Assembly: GCA_963668645.2 (NCBI GenBank)
Contig: CAXXWC010000019.1
Location: forward strand, 384,001 to 448,000
Direction: 5' to 3'
DNA length: 64,000 bases
Source of the DNA: Desulfobacterales bacterium
Lineage (GTDB): Bacteria > Desulfobacterota > Desulfobacteria > Desulfobacterales > UBA2174
Below, one piece after another: positions 1-8,115 of the stretch (its first letter is position 1; every line of letters begins with the position of its first letter). The notes below the pieces were generated by a model. The model searched no databases and was not told the origin of the DNA. It saw nothing but the letters and a program-made list of their open reading frames with translations. The translations under genes and the position numbers were made by a program.

Positions 1-26
1 TACCATTTTTTAAATTTTGGACAAAT

Positions 27-147
27 GCCTAACAAAAGTTTACAGACCGACCGCCATCGCGCTTTTGCAAGCGTCTAGTTGGTCATTCTTGTCGAACAAA
101 TCTTTAACACATAATCCGTGTAGGTGGCGGCTGAAACTCGGTTAGCA
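27..147 (+). repeat. Integron attC recombination site
   Basis: R'' GCCTAAC (27-33) and R' GTTAGCA (141-147). Left arm ctaac-aaa-agttt(a)cag(a)ccg(a)cc pairs with the reverse complement of the right arm (ctaac-cg-agtttcagccgcc), with bulged bases. An ATG follows 10 nt after R'. Confidence 0.88.
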
Positions 148-157
148 AGGAAATATC

Positions 158-1009
158 ATGAAATACCGTAAAGGGCTAGTCTATTTTATTGACGTTCTGG
201 GAACAAAGAATAGTAATTTTGATGAGCTATACAAAATTGCGAATATATTCCACAATGAACTTGGAAATACCCAAAGTAGACACAATCCAAATTCAGTCGG
301 AGACAGACATGTAATGGGATTCTCCGATTGTGCTTACATCATTTACTCACTCAAAAATGATCATTTGGGAAACGAAGATGTGCGTTTAAAATACATTTAC
401 ACAAGTATATACAACACAGCATTAATGCTGAATATTTTCACCAATAACGGATTTTTATGCCGTGGAGGTGTTTGCTACGATGATCTATATTATGAAAAAG
501 ATAGAAATGTCATATTTGGACCGGCTGTAAATCAATCATATTTGCTTGAATCAAAACATGCTGTGGTTCCTAGAATATTATTGTCTGACGAGTTAGCAAA
601 AGACATTTTGCAATTTGATGAAAAATTAAAAAAAGAAACACCTTTAGCTGTTCAAAACGGAAATATTTTGATGCAAGACCCTGCGGATAACAAATTTTTT
701 ATTAATTATCTTAATATGTTTTATCAGCATAAAGAATTTGGGGCAGGCAGTTGTCACTTGGTGTTGAAAGATCTTTTTGAACTTTCAAGCCATAGTTCAC
801 AAAGAATAATCGATGACCTTACAGAAAAAATTGCTACATGTGAGGAAGGCAAACAAAGCTCATTAGTGAATATTCTTGAAAAACATAAGTGGCAATTATG
901 GTACTTAACGTCGGCTTTAACTTTCCTAAACTCTGCTCCTCCGCCTTTAACTGAACAAGAGTTGATGGAAATGTTTATGAAACAGAATTGCTATCGGGAT
1001 AGGGAGTGA
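158..1009 (+). CDS. Integron cassette protein with class III nucleotidyl-cyclase-like motifs, function unknown
   Basis: AT-rich 283-aa ORF with RBS aaggaa. Motifs YFIDVLG, GFSD, CRGGV and IFGPAVNQSYLLES fall in the order of the cyclase motifs FxDxxG, GD, RxG and GxxVNxAxRLE. The last 5 aa derive from the intron. Confidence 0.7.
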   Translation: MKYRKGLVYFIDVLGTKNSNFDELYKIANIFHNELGNTQSRHNPNSVGDRHVMGFSDCAYIIYSLKNDHLGNEDVRLKYIYTSIYNTALMLNIFTNNGFLCRGGVCYDDLYYEKDRNVIFGPAVNQSYLLESKHAVVPRILLSDELAKDILQFDEKLKKETPLAVQNGNILMQDPADNKFFINYLNMFYQHKEFGAGSCHLVLKDLFELSSHSSQRIIDDLTEKIATCEEGKQSSLVNILEKHKWQLWYLTSALTFLNSAPPPLTEQELMEMFMKQNCYRDRE

Positions 1010-1082
1010 CCTCACGGCCACCCCCTCCCACACCACCCGGCATACGGATCGCGTACCAAGGCGGTTCGGCTGATCAGGAAGG

Positions 1083-1901
1083 TTAATTTCCGGGAAGGTA
1101 TAATCCTTTCTCGATGAAATAGCGCTCCGGCATTGCGATGACGACCCACTTGACCTTGCTCATCCGCCAGTGTTTCTTGCGGGCATTCCCGCAGGTCATG
1201 GCATGCGCGTGGTCGATACCGAGCTTTTCGAGATTGTGTACTTTGGTTCTCGGCTTCTTCCACTGTTTCCAGACGAGACAGCGAAGCCGCCTGATGATCC
1301 AGGTTTTCAGTGCTTTCAGTATGTGCCTGGCTTCGGCGAGGCGGAAGTAATTCCACCACCCTCTGAGGTACATGTTCAGCTCTTTGACAACCTGGTGCAA
1401 GCTTTTCCCACAGTTCCGGCCCGTCAGTTCCCGGACCCGACGCTTGAACCGCTCAATGGTTTTGGCGTGGATTCGGATTTTCGACTGGCCGTACATGTGG
1501 AAAAACGTAAATCCGAGGAACTTGCGCAACCACGGACGACTGACAGCGCTTTTCTCCTCGTTTACCTTGAGCCTGAGTCTGACGGTCAAGAACCTGGTGA
1601 TGCTCGCGTACACCCGGTCGGCCGCTTTGAGGCTTTTACAGTAGATTCTGAAGTCGTCGGCGTATCTGACGAATTTGTGCCCTCTGGCTTCCAATTCCTT
1701 ATCCAGTTCGTCCAGGACGACATTGGAAAGTAGTGGTGACAGCGGTCCGCCCTGGGGCGTGCCTTCGTCAGTATAGATCACCACACCGTTGATCATCGTT
1801 CCGGCGTTCAGGTACCCGCGGATCAACTTCAGTACACGTTTGTCCGCTATCCTGGACGCCAGCCGACTCATCAGCCGGTCGTGGTTGACCCGGTCGAAGA
1901 A
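1083..1901 (-). pseudogene. ltrA: Group II intron reverse transcriptase/maturase, C-terminal fragment
   Basis: FFDRVNHD, GTPQGGPLSPLLSN, RYADD, FLGF and domain X (LRGWWNYF) are present; the N-terminal RT subdomains are missing. Confidence 0.92.
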
Positions 1902-1903
1902 AA

Positions 1904-2410
1904 CCACGATACACTACCCGTATCGAAGACGTCCCCTCAAGGGTAACCATCCTGAGACACCACCACCCCCTGGACGGGCAGACTTTAGACGTTTTCAGCC
2001 ATATCCACCGCCACGGCGTCTTACACTTGACGCTTACGCTGCCTGACGGCAGCCGATCATTGATTCCTGCCCACTGGACCGATTTTGCTCCACAGGAAAA
2101 GACCTGCTTGACAGAAGGAACCATTGGAACCGTTTTGGAACTCCTCGCAATTCGCAAAGTCGTTGACGCCCTCCTCCGCAGACTGGGTCCTCCAGAGAAA
2201 CTACCTGTGAACCTGTCAAAGGAGGAAAGGCGCCATGCACAAGCAGATGACCCTTTGGCCCAAACCCGAATCGGAGATTTGGCCACAGGTCCATCCCGAC
2301 ACGCGGAAAATTCTTATCAGAACTCTGGCCAGACTCATCGTGAAAGTGCTCCGTCCGAAGAGTCCCAGCGAGCGCAAGGAGGTCGGTCATGGGTTCCAAT
2401 GAAAAAATAA
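1904..2410 (+). pseudogene. Y4bD/Y4pK (DUF5372)-like small protein of serine-recombinase elements, probably 5'-truncated
   Basis: Open frame reads RVTILRHHHPLDGQTL...LTLPDGSRSLIPAHWTD and overlaps the start of a large serine recombinase, the usual context for this family. Confidence 0.6.
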
Positions 2411-2725
2411 ATGCAACTCATCTCCAGCGCTTCGCTTATGTCTACGTACGCCAATCCAGCACCGCACAAGTCCAGCACAACCGCGAGTCCACTGAGCGCC
2501 AGTACAACTTGGCCGGGCGGGCTGCCCAGCTCGGTTGGCTCCCATCACAGGTGCAAATTATCGACGACGACCTCGCCCGCTCGGGCTCTAACGCTACCGA
2601 ACGAGGCGGCTTTGCTAAAATGACCACCGAGGTGGCCCTGGGGCATGTGGGCCTGATCCTTTCCATCGAGGTCTCCAGGGTGGCTCGCAATAACGCCGAT
2701 TGGTATCGACTCCTCGACCTGCTCC
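2389..2725 (+). pseudogene. Large serine recombinase, N-terminal catalytic domain only (truncated)
   Basis: HLQRFAYVYVRQSS, ESTERQY, IIDDD..SG, RGGF, EVSRVARN..DWYRLLDL; homology stops abruptly at ~2725. Confidence 0.85.
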
Positions 2726-2839
2726 GAAAGGGGTCGGACCATGAAATAAAGAATAAATCAATAAGGTTAGATAAAATAATGGCCCGAAAACGACCCAATA
2801 TTCGCGTTTTTGGGTCTAAAAAGGATGATTTACCCTTTC
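2726..2839. repeat. Small AT-rich segment bounded by GAAAGGG/CCCTTTC inverted repeats
   Basis: GAAAGGG (2726-2732) and CCCTTTC (2833-2839), with an internal GACCCAA...TTGGGTC inverted repeat; lies exactly between the two truncation points. Confidence 0.45.
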
Positions 2840-3098
2840 CCTTGTTGGCCTTGATGACCCGTTTCCATGCACAAAGCATGTTTTCCCGGGATAAAATCGG
2901 CTCCTGCAGGTAATCGTCCGGCTTGGGCGGTTCTACAACGCGCGACTCGACACTCCACCGGGCGGTCTCGTCGTGTAATGCCAGCTCATGAAGGCTCCTT
3001 GCCTGTTTTGCGTTCGGTCCTTCAGCGGGGTGAGTCCTGCGCGATATCCTCCAGCAGCGTGCTGGTTCACGCCTCGTTTCCAGCCGATGTGCTACCAT
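2838..3098 (-). pseudogene. ltrA: Group II intron RT, N-terminal fragment (true start uncertain)
   Basis: ILSRENMLCAWKRVIKANKG matches the intron RT N-terminus; it breaks off before the expected APGVDG. Confidence 0.75.
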
Positions 3099-3501
3099 AT
3101 CGGCGTCCTGCGCCTACTATGACATCTGCTGACTCCTGTCAGGTCACCCTGACCGTTACCGGACAGGCCGCTGCCCGAGGGCCGCATGCCTGACAGGTCT
3201 TCTCGGATAAGGACGTGAACTGTCGCTGCACAACCGCATCATTTACCCTATCTCCTGAACCCGGGGCTTTGCCATGTTGTGCTGGCTTACCCGCAGGCTG
3301 GGCCTTGTATGATGTTTCTGTTCCCCGGATCCGATCCGGGGCAGGCTTGGCTCACAGCTTTGCGCTCGGGCTTCCTTCGAACGCCCCCTCGCGGGAACGC
3401 CCTTGCCGGCGGCTAATGCTTATGCTAATGATTACGATCATTAACAGGGTTCACACACAGGGGTCTTGCACCCCATTAGTTCACTCCCGTGTCGGCCGTA
3501 T

Positions 3502-3565
3502 ACCACATCCTCCAGGTACCTCGGTTCCTTCGCGCCTAGGGCCGGCCGTTCTCGAGACGTTGGAG
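3502..3565 (+). repeat. Remainder of the interrupted, degenerate attC site of the 158..1009 cassette
   Basis: Removing the intron restores TTGCTA|AC, the exact reverse complement of GTTAGCAA at 141-148. GTTGGAG at 3559-3565 precedes the next gene. The internal arms pair poorly. Confidence 0.6.
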
Positions 3566-3574
3566 GAAACGACT

Positions 3575-4483
3575 ATGCTTAATATCAACAAAAAAGATCT
3601 GCACGCCACAATCCAGCAACTGGAGCAAGCTATTTATAACCATGAGCAATGGACCAAGGATCTCACCCGGACCATCATATGTCGCTTACCTTATGATACC
3701 CGTGAAATAACAGATGATGCATATCGCCAGTGCCGCTTCGGCCAGTGGTATTACAGTTCACCGCCTGATGGGCTTCTGGATCACCCGGCATTTTTAGCAA
3801 TCGAGTCCGCTCACCGCCGCTTACACCAGTTTGCGGCACGATTGCTCCTTTCTGCGACAAATGATTCAAGATCACCAAATGACTATGACAGTTTCATAAA
3901 TGCTGCCGACAGCATGCATCTTGAAATATATTCACTTAAGCATGAACTCGAAGAATTACTCAATAACAGCGATGCATTGACAGGTGCTGAAAACCGGAAT
4001 TGCATGCTTACCCGATTGCGAGAACTACATGAGTTGGTCAAACGCGGAGTTCAGGAATGCGGTATCGCGATCATGGACTTGGATCACTTCAAAAAAGTCA
4101 ACGATACTTATGGCCACTCCGCCGGCGATAAAGTACTCGTAGCCTGGGTGAACCATATCAGGCAATATATAAGGCCATATGATCGAGTATACCGATATGG
4201 TGGTGAAGAATTTCTGCTATCATTTCCGAGCACCAAACTTCATTCAGTCTCGGATATAATTGAACGTTTACGCAGCGGGATCTCTGTAATTGACATCGGA
4301 TCAGGCCAAACAGAACCGCTCAAAGTCACTGCATCGTTCGGCATTACCATGCTTGATCCGAGCGTCAGCGTTGAGGTGTCGATCGATCGCGCCGATATCG
4401 CATTATATACAGCCAAAAAGTCGGGGCGTGACCAAAGCTGTATCTGGGATTCTACAATGACATCCATCCAGGAGATCGGATAG
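3575..4483 (+). CDS. CZB-GGDEF diguanylate cyclase (DgcZ-like)
   Basis: CZB motifs HEQW, CRFGQWYY and HRRLH; GGDEF motifs DALTG, DLDHFKKVNDTYGHSAGD and RYGGEEF with RxxD (RPYD); RBS ggagg precedes ATG 3575. Confidence 0.92.
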   Translation: MLNINKKDLHATIQQLEQAIYNHEQWTKDLTRTIICRLPYDTREITDDAYRQCRFGQWYYSSPPDGLLDHPAFLAIESAHRRLHQFAARLLLSATNDSRSPNDYDSFINAADSMHLEIYSLKHELEELLNNSDALTGAENRNCMLTRLRELHELVKRGVQECGIAIMDLDHFKKVNDTYGHSAGDKVLVAWVNHIRQYIRPYDRVYRYGGEEFLLSFPSTKLHSVSDIIERLRSGISVIDIGSGQTEPLKVTASFGITMLDPSVSVEVSIDRADIALYTAKKSGRDQSCIWDSTMTSIQEIG

Positions 4484-4572
4484 AAAAAACGCCACGTGCC
4501 CGTTAAACTTGGTTGAACCAAACAGCTTACGAAAAAGGGTCATGCCACATTTAAAGACAATGGGTCATAAAC

Positions 4573-5361
4573 ATGAAATCCAGAAAAGCGCAGCTCATTT
4601 TATTTGTCGTGATTTCCTACGCCTATCTGTGGCTCCTGTTTGGAATTGGAAGGCTGTTTGACGTCAAATTTTCCTATAACATCCGAGAAGCAGGAGGAAT
4701 TTTTCTCCTTTTCGGGATTCCCGCGTCCCTGTTTGCAGCGACTTTTGTGACGCTGACAACCCAAGGAAAGAGCGCTCTATGCCGACTGCTCAGCACTTCA
4801 TTAAATTGGCGTTTCAGCCCGAAATGGTATCTGTCCGCATTGCTGACACCTCTGCTGGTAGCCTTCGCAAGCGGGATCGCGGCAGTCTGGATTGATGGCA
4901 TCGAAATGGCCCAGAGCTGGTTCTCACCGTCCATGCCACTCGGGATCATGCTCGTCTTATTGGTATATATCGGCCTTGGTGAAGAAATCGGCTGGAGAGG
5001 GTTTGCGCTGCCGCGGTTTCAAGAGAGCTTTGGGGTACTCGGAGGCAGCATTGCCACGGGCGTATTCTGGGCGCTTTGGCACTTGCCCCTGTTCTTGATG
5101 CCGGGCTCATCCCAATACGGTCATTCGGTGCTTCTTTTCATCTATCTGCTTACTTGCTGGACCATTCCAATGGCTGTATTTGTCGACAAATCTGGAGGCA
5201 GTGTCATCCCTGCCATCCTTTTTCATGTGTCAGTGAACTTTCTGGCGTTTTCGATCCGATATCCATATCGGCATTTTTATTTGTTTTGGGGGATCACCGC
5301 CACCATTGCGGCGGTATTCCTTCCAAGATCATTATCCAGGAAGAAAAAACGTTTCGCTTAA
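4573..5361 (+). CDS. CPBP family (CAAX/Abi) intramembrane metalloprotease
   Basis: GEEIGWRGF, FWALWHLP and ILFHVSVN motifs; multiple hydrophobic helices. Confidence 0.92.
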   Translation: MKSRKAQLILFVVISYAYLWLLFGIGRLFDVKFSYNIREAGGIFLLFGIPASLFAATFVTLTTQGKSALCRLLSTSLNWRFSPKWYLSALLTPLLVAFASGIAAVWIDGIEMAQSWFSPSMPLGIMLVLLVYIGLGEEIGWRGFALPRFQESFGVLGGSIATGVFWALWHLPLFLMPGSSQYGHSVLLFIYLLTCWTIPMAVFVDKSGGSVIPAILFHVSVNFLAFSIRYPYRHFYLFWGITATIAAVFLPRSLSRKKKRFA

Positions 5362-5387
5362 TGGGATTGCGTGGACCGGATGAAAAA

Positions 5388-5481
5388 TGGCGGAGAGGGT
5401 GGGATTCGAACCCACGATCCCGGTTTTAGCCAGGATACCGCTTTTCGAGAGCGGGGCCTTCAGCCGCTCGGCCACCTCTCC
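5388..5481 (-). tRNA. tRNA-Ser(CGA)
   Basis: GGAGAGGTGGCCGAGCGGCTGAAGGC..., anticodon arm CCGCT-CTCGAAA-AGCGG, long variable arm, GGTTCGAATCC, CTCTCCGCCA end. Confidence 0.97.
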
Positions 5482-5508
5482 GCATCTTCCCCTTTGGATG
5501 GGGCAATG

Positions 5509-5538
5509 ACCATAACCGCTATGGGCCGGTCCTGTCAA
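5509..5538 (-). promoter_or_regulatory. Putative sigma70 promoter of tRNA-Ser
   Basis: TTGACA-N18-TATGGT just upstream of the tRNA. Confidence 0.55.
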
Positions 5539-5665
5539 GAGACAGCCGCACCTGATCTCCAACGATCCCCTGGGAGCCGATTCCATCCTTGATCCGGGCG
5601 GCACAGGCGTCACCGATCTGAGCGGCGGACCGCTTCAAGGCTGGAGCCGGGCCCATAACGGGCCG

Positions 5666-5694
5666 TTGACTTCCCTAACTGCTTTCCATATAAG
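5666..5694 (+). promoter_or_regulatory. Putative sigma70 promoter of the CHASE2 cyclase gene
   Basis: TTGACT-N17-TATAAG. Confidence 0.55.
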
Positions 5695-5751
5695 CATAAA
5701 TCAGCGAACCGGATTTCTCCCGTCACCCGCCATCAATGGCGCCATCCCTTT

Positions 5752-8007
5752 ATGAGGCTCCCCATGCACCGGCGTTTGAAGCTCAACCCGCTTCTGCTGA
5801 CCGTTATCGCCATCCTTGTGGGGATGACGGCCTACCTGGTCCATATCCCCTTTATACATGAAATCGAACTGCGCACCGTGGATCTGCGCTTTCGCTCGCG
5901 GGGTGCGCTGAAGCCCCAACCACGGGTGGTACTGGCGGTCGTCGACGAAAAAAGCATCAACCAGGAAGGCAAATGGGTCTGGCCGCGCGAAAAATTTACC
6001 CGCCTGGTCCAAAAGCTCTCCGAGGCCGGGGCCAGGGTGGTGGCCTTCGATATCGGTTTTCTGGAAGAGAGCAACCGCGATCTGCTGCATACGATCGGTG
6101 AAATTCAGCAGGCCGCCCGCCAGTTGGCGCCGCAGAATCCGGCCCTCGACCGCTATTTTGAAGATCTGGGCCGCGAGGCCCACAGCGACCTTCAGTTGGC
6201 CCGCGCCATTGCCGACTCCCGGGCGCGCATTGTGCTGGGCTATTTTTTTCACATGAACCGGGACGGATTGACCCATCTGGGCGAAAAGGACTTCAAAGAC
6301 CTCCAGAAACGCGTGCGCCAGGGGGTTTATCCCATGGTGCGCTACGCCTCCCGGCAAGCCCAGGCCGTGCCGCTGATCGAGGCCGTGGCCCCCCAAAGCA
6401 ACGTCTCACCCATCGCCGAAGCAGCTTCCCACGCCGGCTTTTTCAATATGTTTCCCGATTCAGACGGGGTGGTGCGCTGGATCCCGGCGGTGGTCAAGTT
6501 CCGGGACACCCTTTACGCCCCTTTGGCGGTCATGGCGGCCAGCGCCGATGCCGATCAGCCCATCTCGGTGGCGGTGGAGGAATACGGGGTCCAATCGGTG
6601 CGCATCGGCCCGGTGCAGCTTCCCACGGATGAACTGGGCCGCCTCTTGATCAACTACCGCGGCCCGGCGCGGACCTTTCCCCACATTCCGGTCACCGACA
6701 TCCTCAACGACCAGGTTCCAAAGGAGGCCCTGGCGGACAAGATCGTGCTGGTCGGGGCCACCGCCGTTGGCATCTACGACCTGCGGGTGACCCCGTTCGG
6801 CAGCGTCTTTCCCGGAATTGAAATCCATGCCAGCGTACTGGACAGCATCCTCAGCCAGGACTTTTTGCAGCAGCCGAACTGGGCCGCCGTTTTCGATCTG
6901 GCAGCCATGCTGCTGATGGGTCTGGCCGTCTGGTGGATCCACGGGCGCACCGGAGTGGTGACCGGCACCATTTGCGCCGTCGCGCTGTTCGGGGCCTACA
7001 TCGGCTTGTGCCAGTACCTTTTCACGGCCCGGGGTTGGATCCTGGCTATGGTCTATCCCCTGCTGGTGCTCGTCCTGGCCTATGTCAGCATCACGGCATT
7101 GAAGTACATCGTTGAATCGCGCCAGAAAAAATTCATCCGCGACGCGTTTTCCACCTACCTGGCCCCGTCGGTGGTCAAGCAGCTCATCGAAACGCCCGAG
7201 CGCCTCGTGCTGGGCGGCGAAGAACGCCAGATCACGGCTTTCTTTTCGGATCTGCAGGGGTTCACGAGCATCTCGGAGCGCCTCAGCGCCACCGAACTGG
7301 TGGAACTGCTCAACGAATTTCTCACCGAGATGACCGACATCATCCTGGCCAGCGAGGGGACGGTGGACAAATTCGAGGGCGATGCGATCATCGCCTTTTT
7401 CGGGGCACCCAATGAAATCCCGGATCATGCGGCGGTGGCCTGCCTCGTCTGCCTCCAGATGCAGCAGCGACTGGCCCAGCTGCGCGCCGCATGGCAGGCG
7501 CAGGGCAAGCCCGAACTGAAGATGCGCATCGGGCTCAACAGCGGCCCGGCGGTGGTGGGCAATATGGGCTCAAAACAGCGCATGGACTATACGATGATGG
7601 GCGACAGCGTCAATACCGCGGCCCGCCTCGAAGGGGTCAACAAGGTCTACGGCACCTATACCCTGATCAGCGCATCGACCTACCGGAGCGCCGCAGAGCA
7701 GATCGTGGCCCGGGAGCTGGACGCCATCAACGTGGTCGGCAAGAGCGAACCGGTGGCGATCTATGAACTGATCTGCCCTGCCGGGCAGGCCGCCCCGCCG
7801 GTGCTGGCAATGATCGACGCCTATGGCAAGGGGCTGGAAGCCTACCGCGGGCGCGCCTGGCAAGCGGCGGCGGAATTTTTCCACCAGGCTCTGGCCATCG
7901 CCCCCGAGGATCGGGCCAGCAGGGTCATGATCGATCGCTGCCGCCAATACGAAGCCGACCCGCCGCCCGAGAACTGGAACGGGGCCTACAGCATGACGAC
8001 CAAATAG
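5752..8007 (+). CDS. CHASE2-domain adenylate/guanylate cyclase with C-terminal TPR-like region
   Basis: CHASE2 motifs (VVDEKSI, WVWPR, DSDGVVR, INYRG, PGIEIHA), TM helices, and cyclase motifs FSDLQGFT, DKFEGDA, RIGLNSG, GDSVNTAARLE. Confidence 0.93.
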   Translation: MRLPMHRRLKLNPLLLTVIAILVGMTAYLVHIPFIHEIELRTVDLRFRSRGALKPQPRVVLAVVDEKSINQEGKWVWPREKFTRLVQKLSEAGARVVAFDIGFLEESNRDLLHTIGEIQQAARQLAPQNPALDRYFEDLGREAHSDLQLARAIADSRARIVLGYFFHMNRDGLTHLGEKDFKDLQKRVRQGVYPMVRYASRQAQAVPLIEAVAPQSNVSPIAEAASHAGFFNMFPDSDGVVRWIPAVVKFRDTLYAPLAVMAASADADQPISVAVEEYGVQSVRIGPVQLPTDELGRLLINYRGPARTFPHIPVTDILNDQVPKEALADKIVLVGATAVGIYDLRVTPFGSVFPGIEIHASVLDSILSQDFLQQPNWAAVFDLAAMLLMGLAVWWIHGRTGVVTGTICAVALFGAYIGLCQYLFTARGWILAMVYPLLVLVLAYVSITALKYIVESRQKKFIRDAFSTYLAPSVVKQLIETPERLVLGGEERQITAFFSDLQGFTSISERLSATELVELLNEFLTEMTDIILASEGTVDKFEGDAIIAFFGAPNEIPDHAAVACLVCLQMQQRLAQLRAAWQAQGKPELKMRIGLNSGPAVVGNMGSKQRMDYTMMGDSVNTAARLEGVNKVYGTYTLISASTYRSAAEQIVARELDAINVVGKSEPVAIYELICPAGQAAPPVLAMIDAYGKGLEAYRGRAWQAAAEFFHQALAIAPEDRASRVMIDRCRQYEADPPPENWNGAYSMTTK

Positions 8008-8115
8008 GGCACCGCTCCAGCCCCCCCAATCAATCCGTCCACAGCGCAAAGGCCTGCGCAGCGACTCTTTCCGGTGGCATGGCAAGGATCCGGCCCGGCC
8101 AACGATCAAGCAGAT

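Larger units (their letters stand above)
994..3501 (-). mobile_element. Group IIC (attC-targeting) intron, decayed
   Basis: Minus strand has domain V GAACCGCC...GTACG...CCGTATGCCGGGTGGTGTGGGAGG (CGC triad, class C) and domain VI ending CTATCCCGA(T) at ~993-994. The 5' end ATACGGCCGACACGGGAGTGAACTAATGGGGTGCAAGACCCC is at ~3501. The RT ORF has no endonuclease domain. Boundaries are +/-1 nt. Confidence 0.9.
1..5387. mobile_element. Right-hand end of an accessory/genomic island next to the 3' end of tRNA-Ser; contains integron cassette(s), a group II intron and recombinase debris
   Basis: Visibly more AT-rich than the DNA beyond 5.7 kb; contains attC, intron and recombinase remnants; the tRNA CCA end (5388) faces this region. 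No integrase or second att repeat lies within the window. Confidence 0.7.

Noticed and set aside
1083..1907. RT as a retron, DGR or defence-associated RT
   Set aside because: Flanked by group II intron domains V/VI and a 5' intron end, and has maturase domain X.
2726..2913. C-terminal part of the 174-aa recombinase ORF
   Set aside because: Read-through into the AT-rich element and RT antisense after the truncation; not recombinase sequence.
3215..3574. 120-aa N-terminal extension of the diguanylate cyclase in the ORF track
   Set aside because: It is the antisense of intron RNA plus the attC remnant; the real start is ATG 3575 with a ggagg RBS.
4484..4572. Possible attC after the DGC (palindrome TTGGTT-G-AACCAA at 4509-4521)
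   Set aside because: No properly placed RYYYAAC/GTTRRRY pair with complementary arms.
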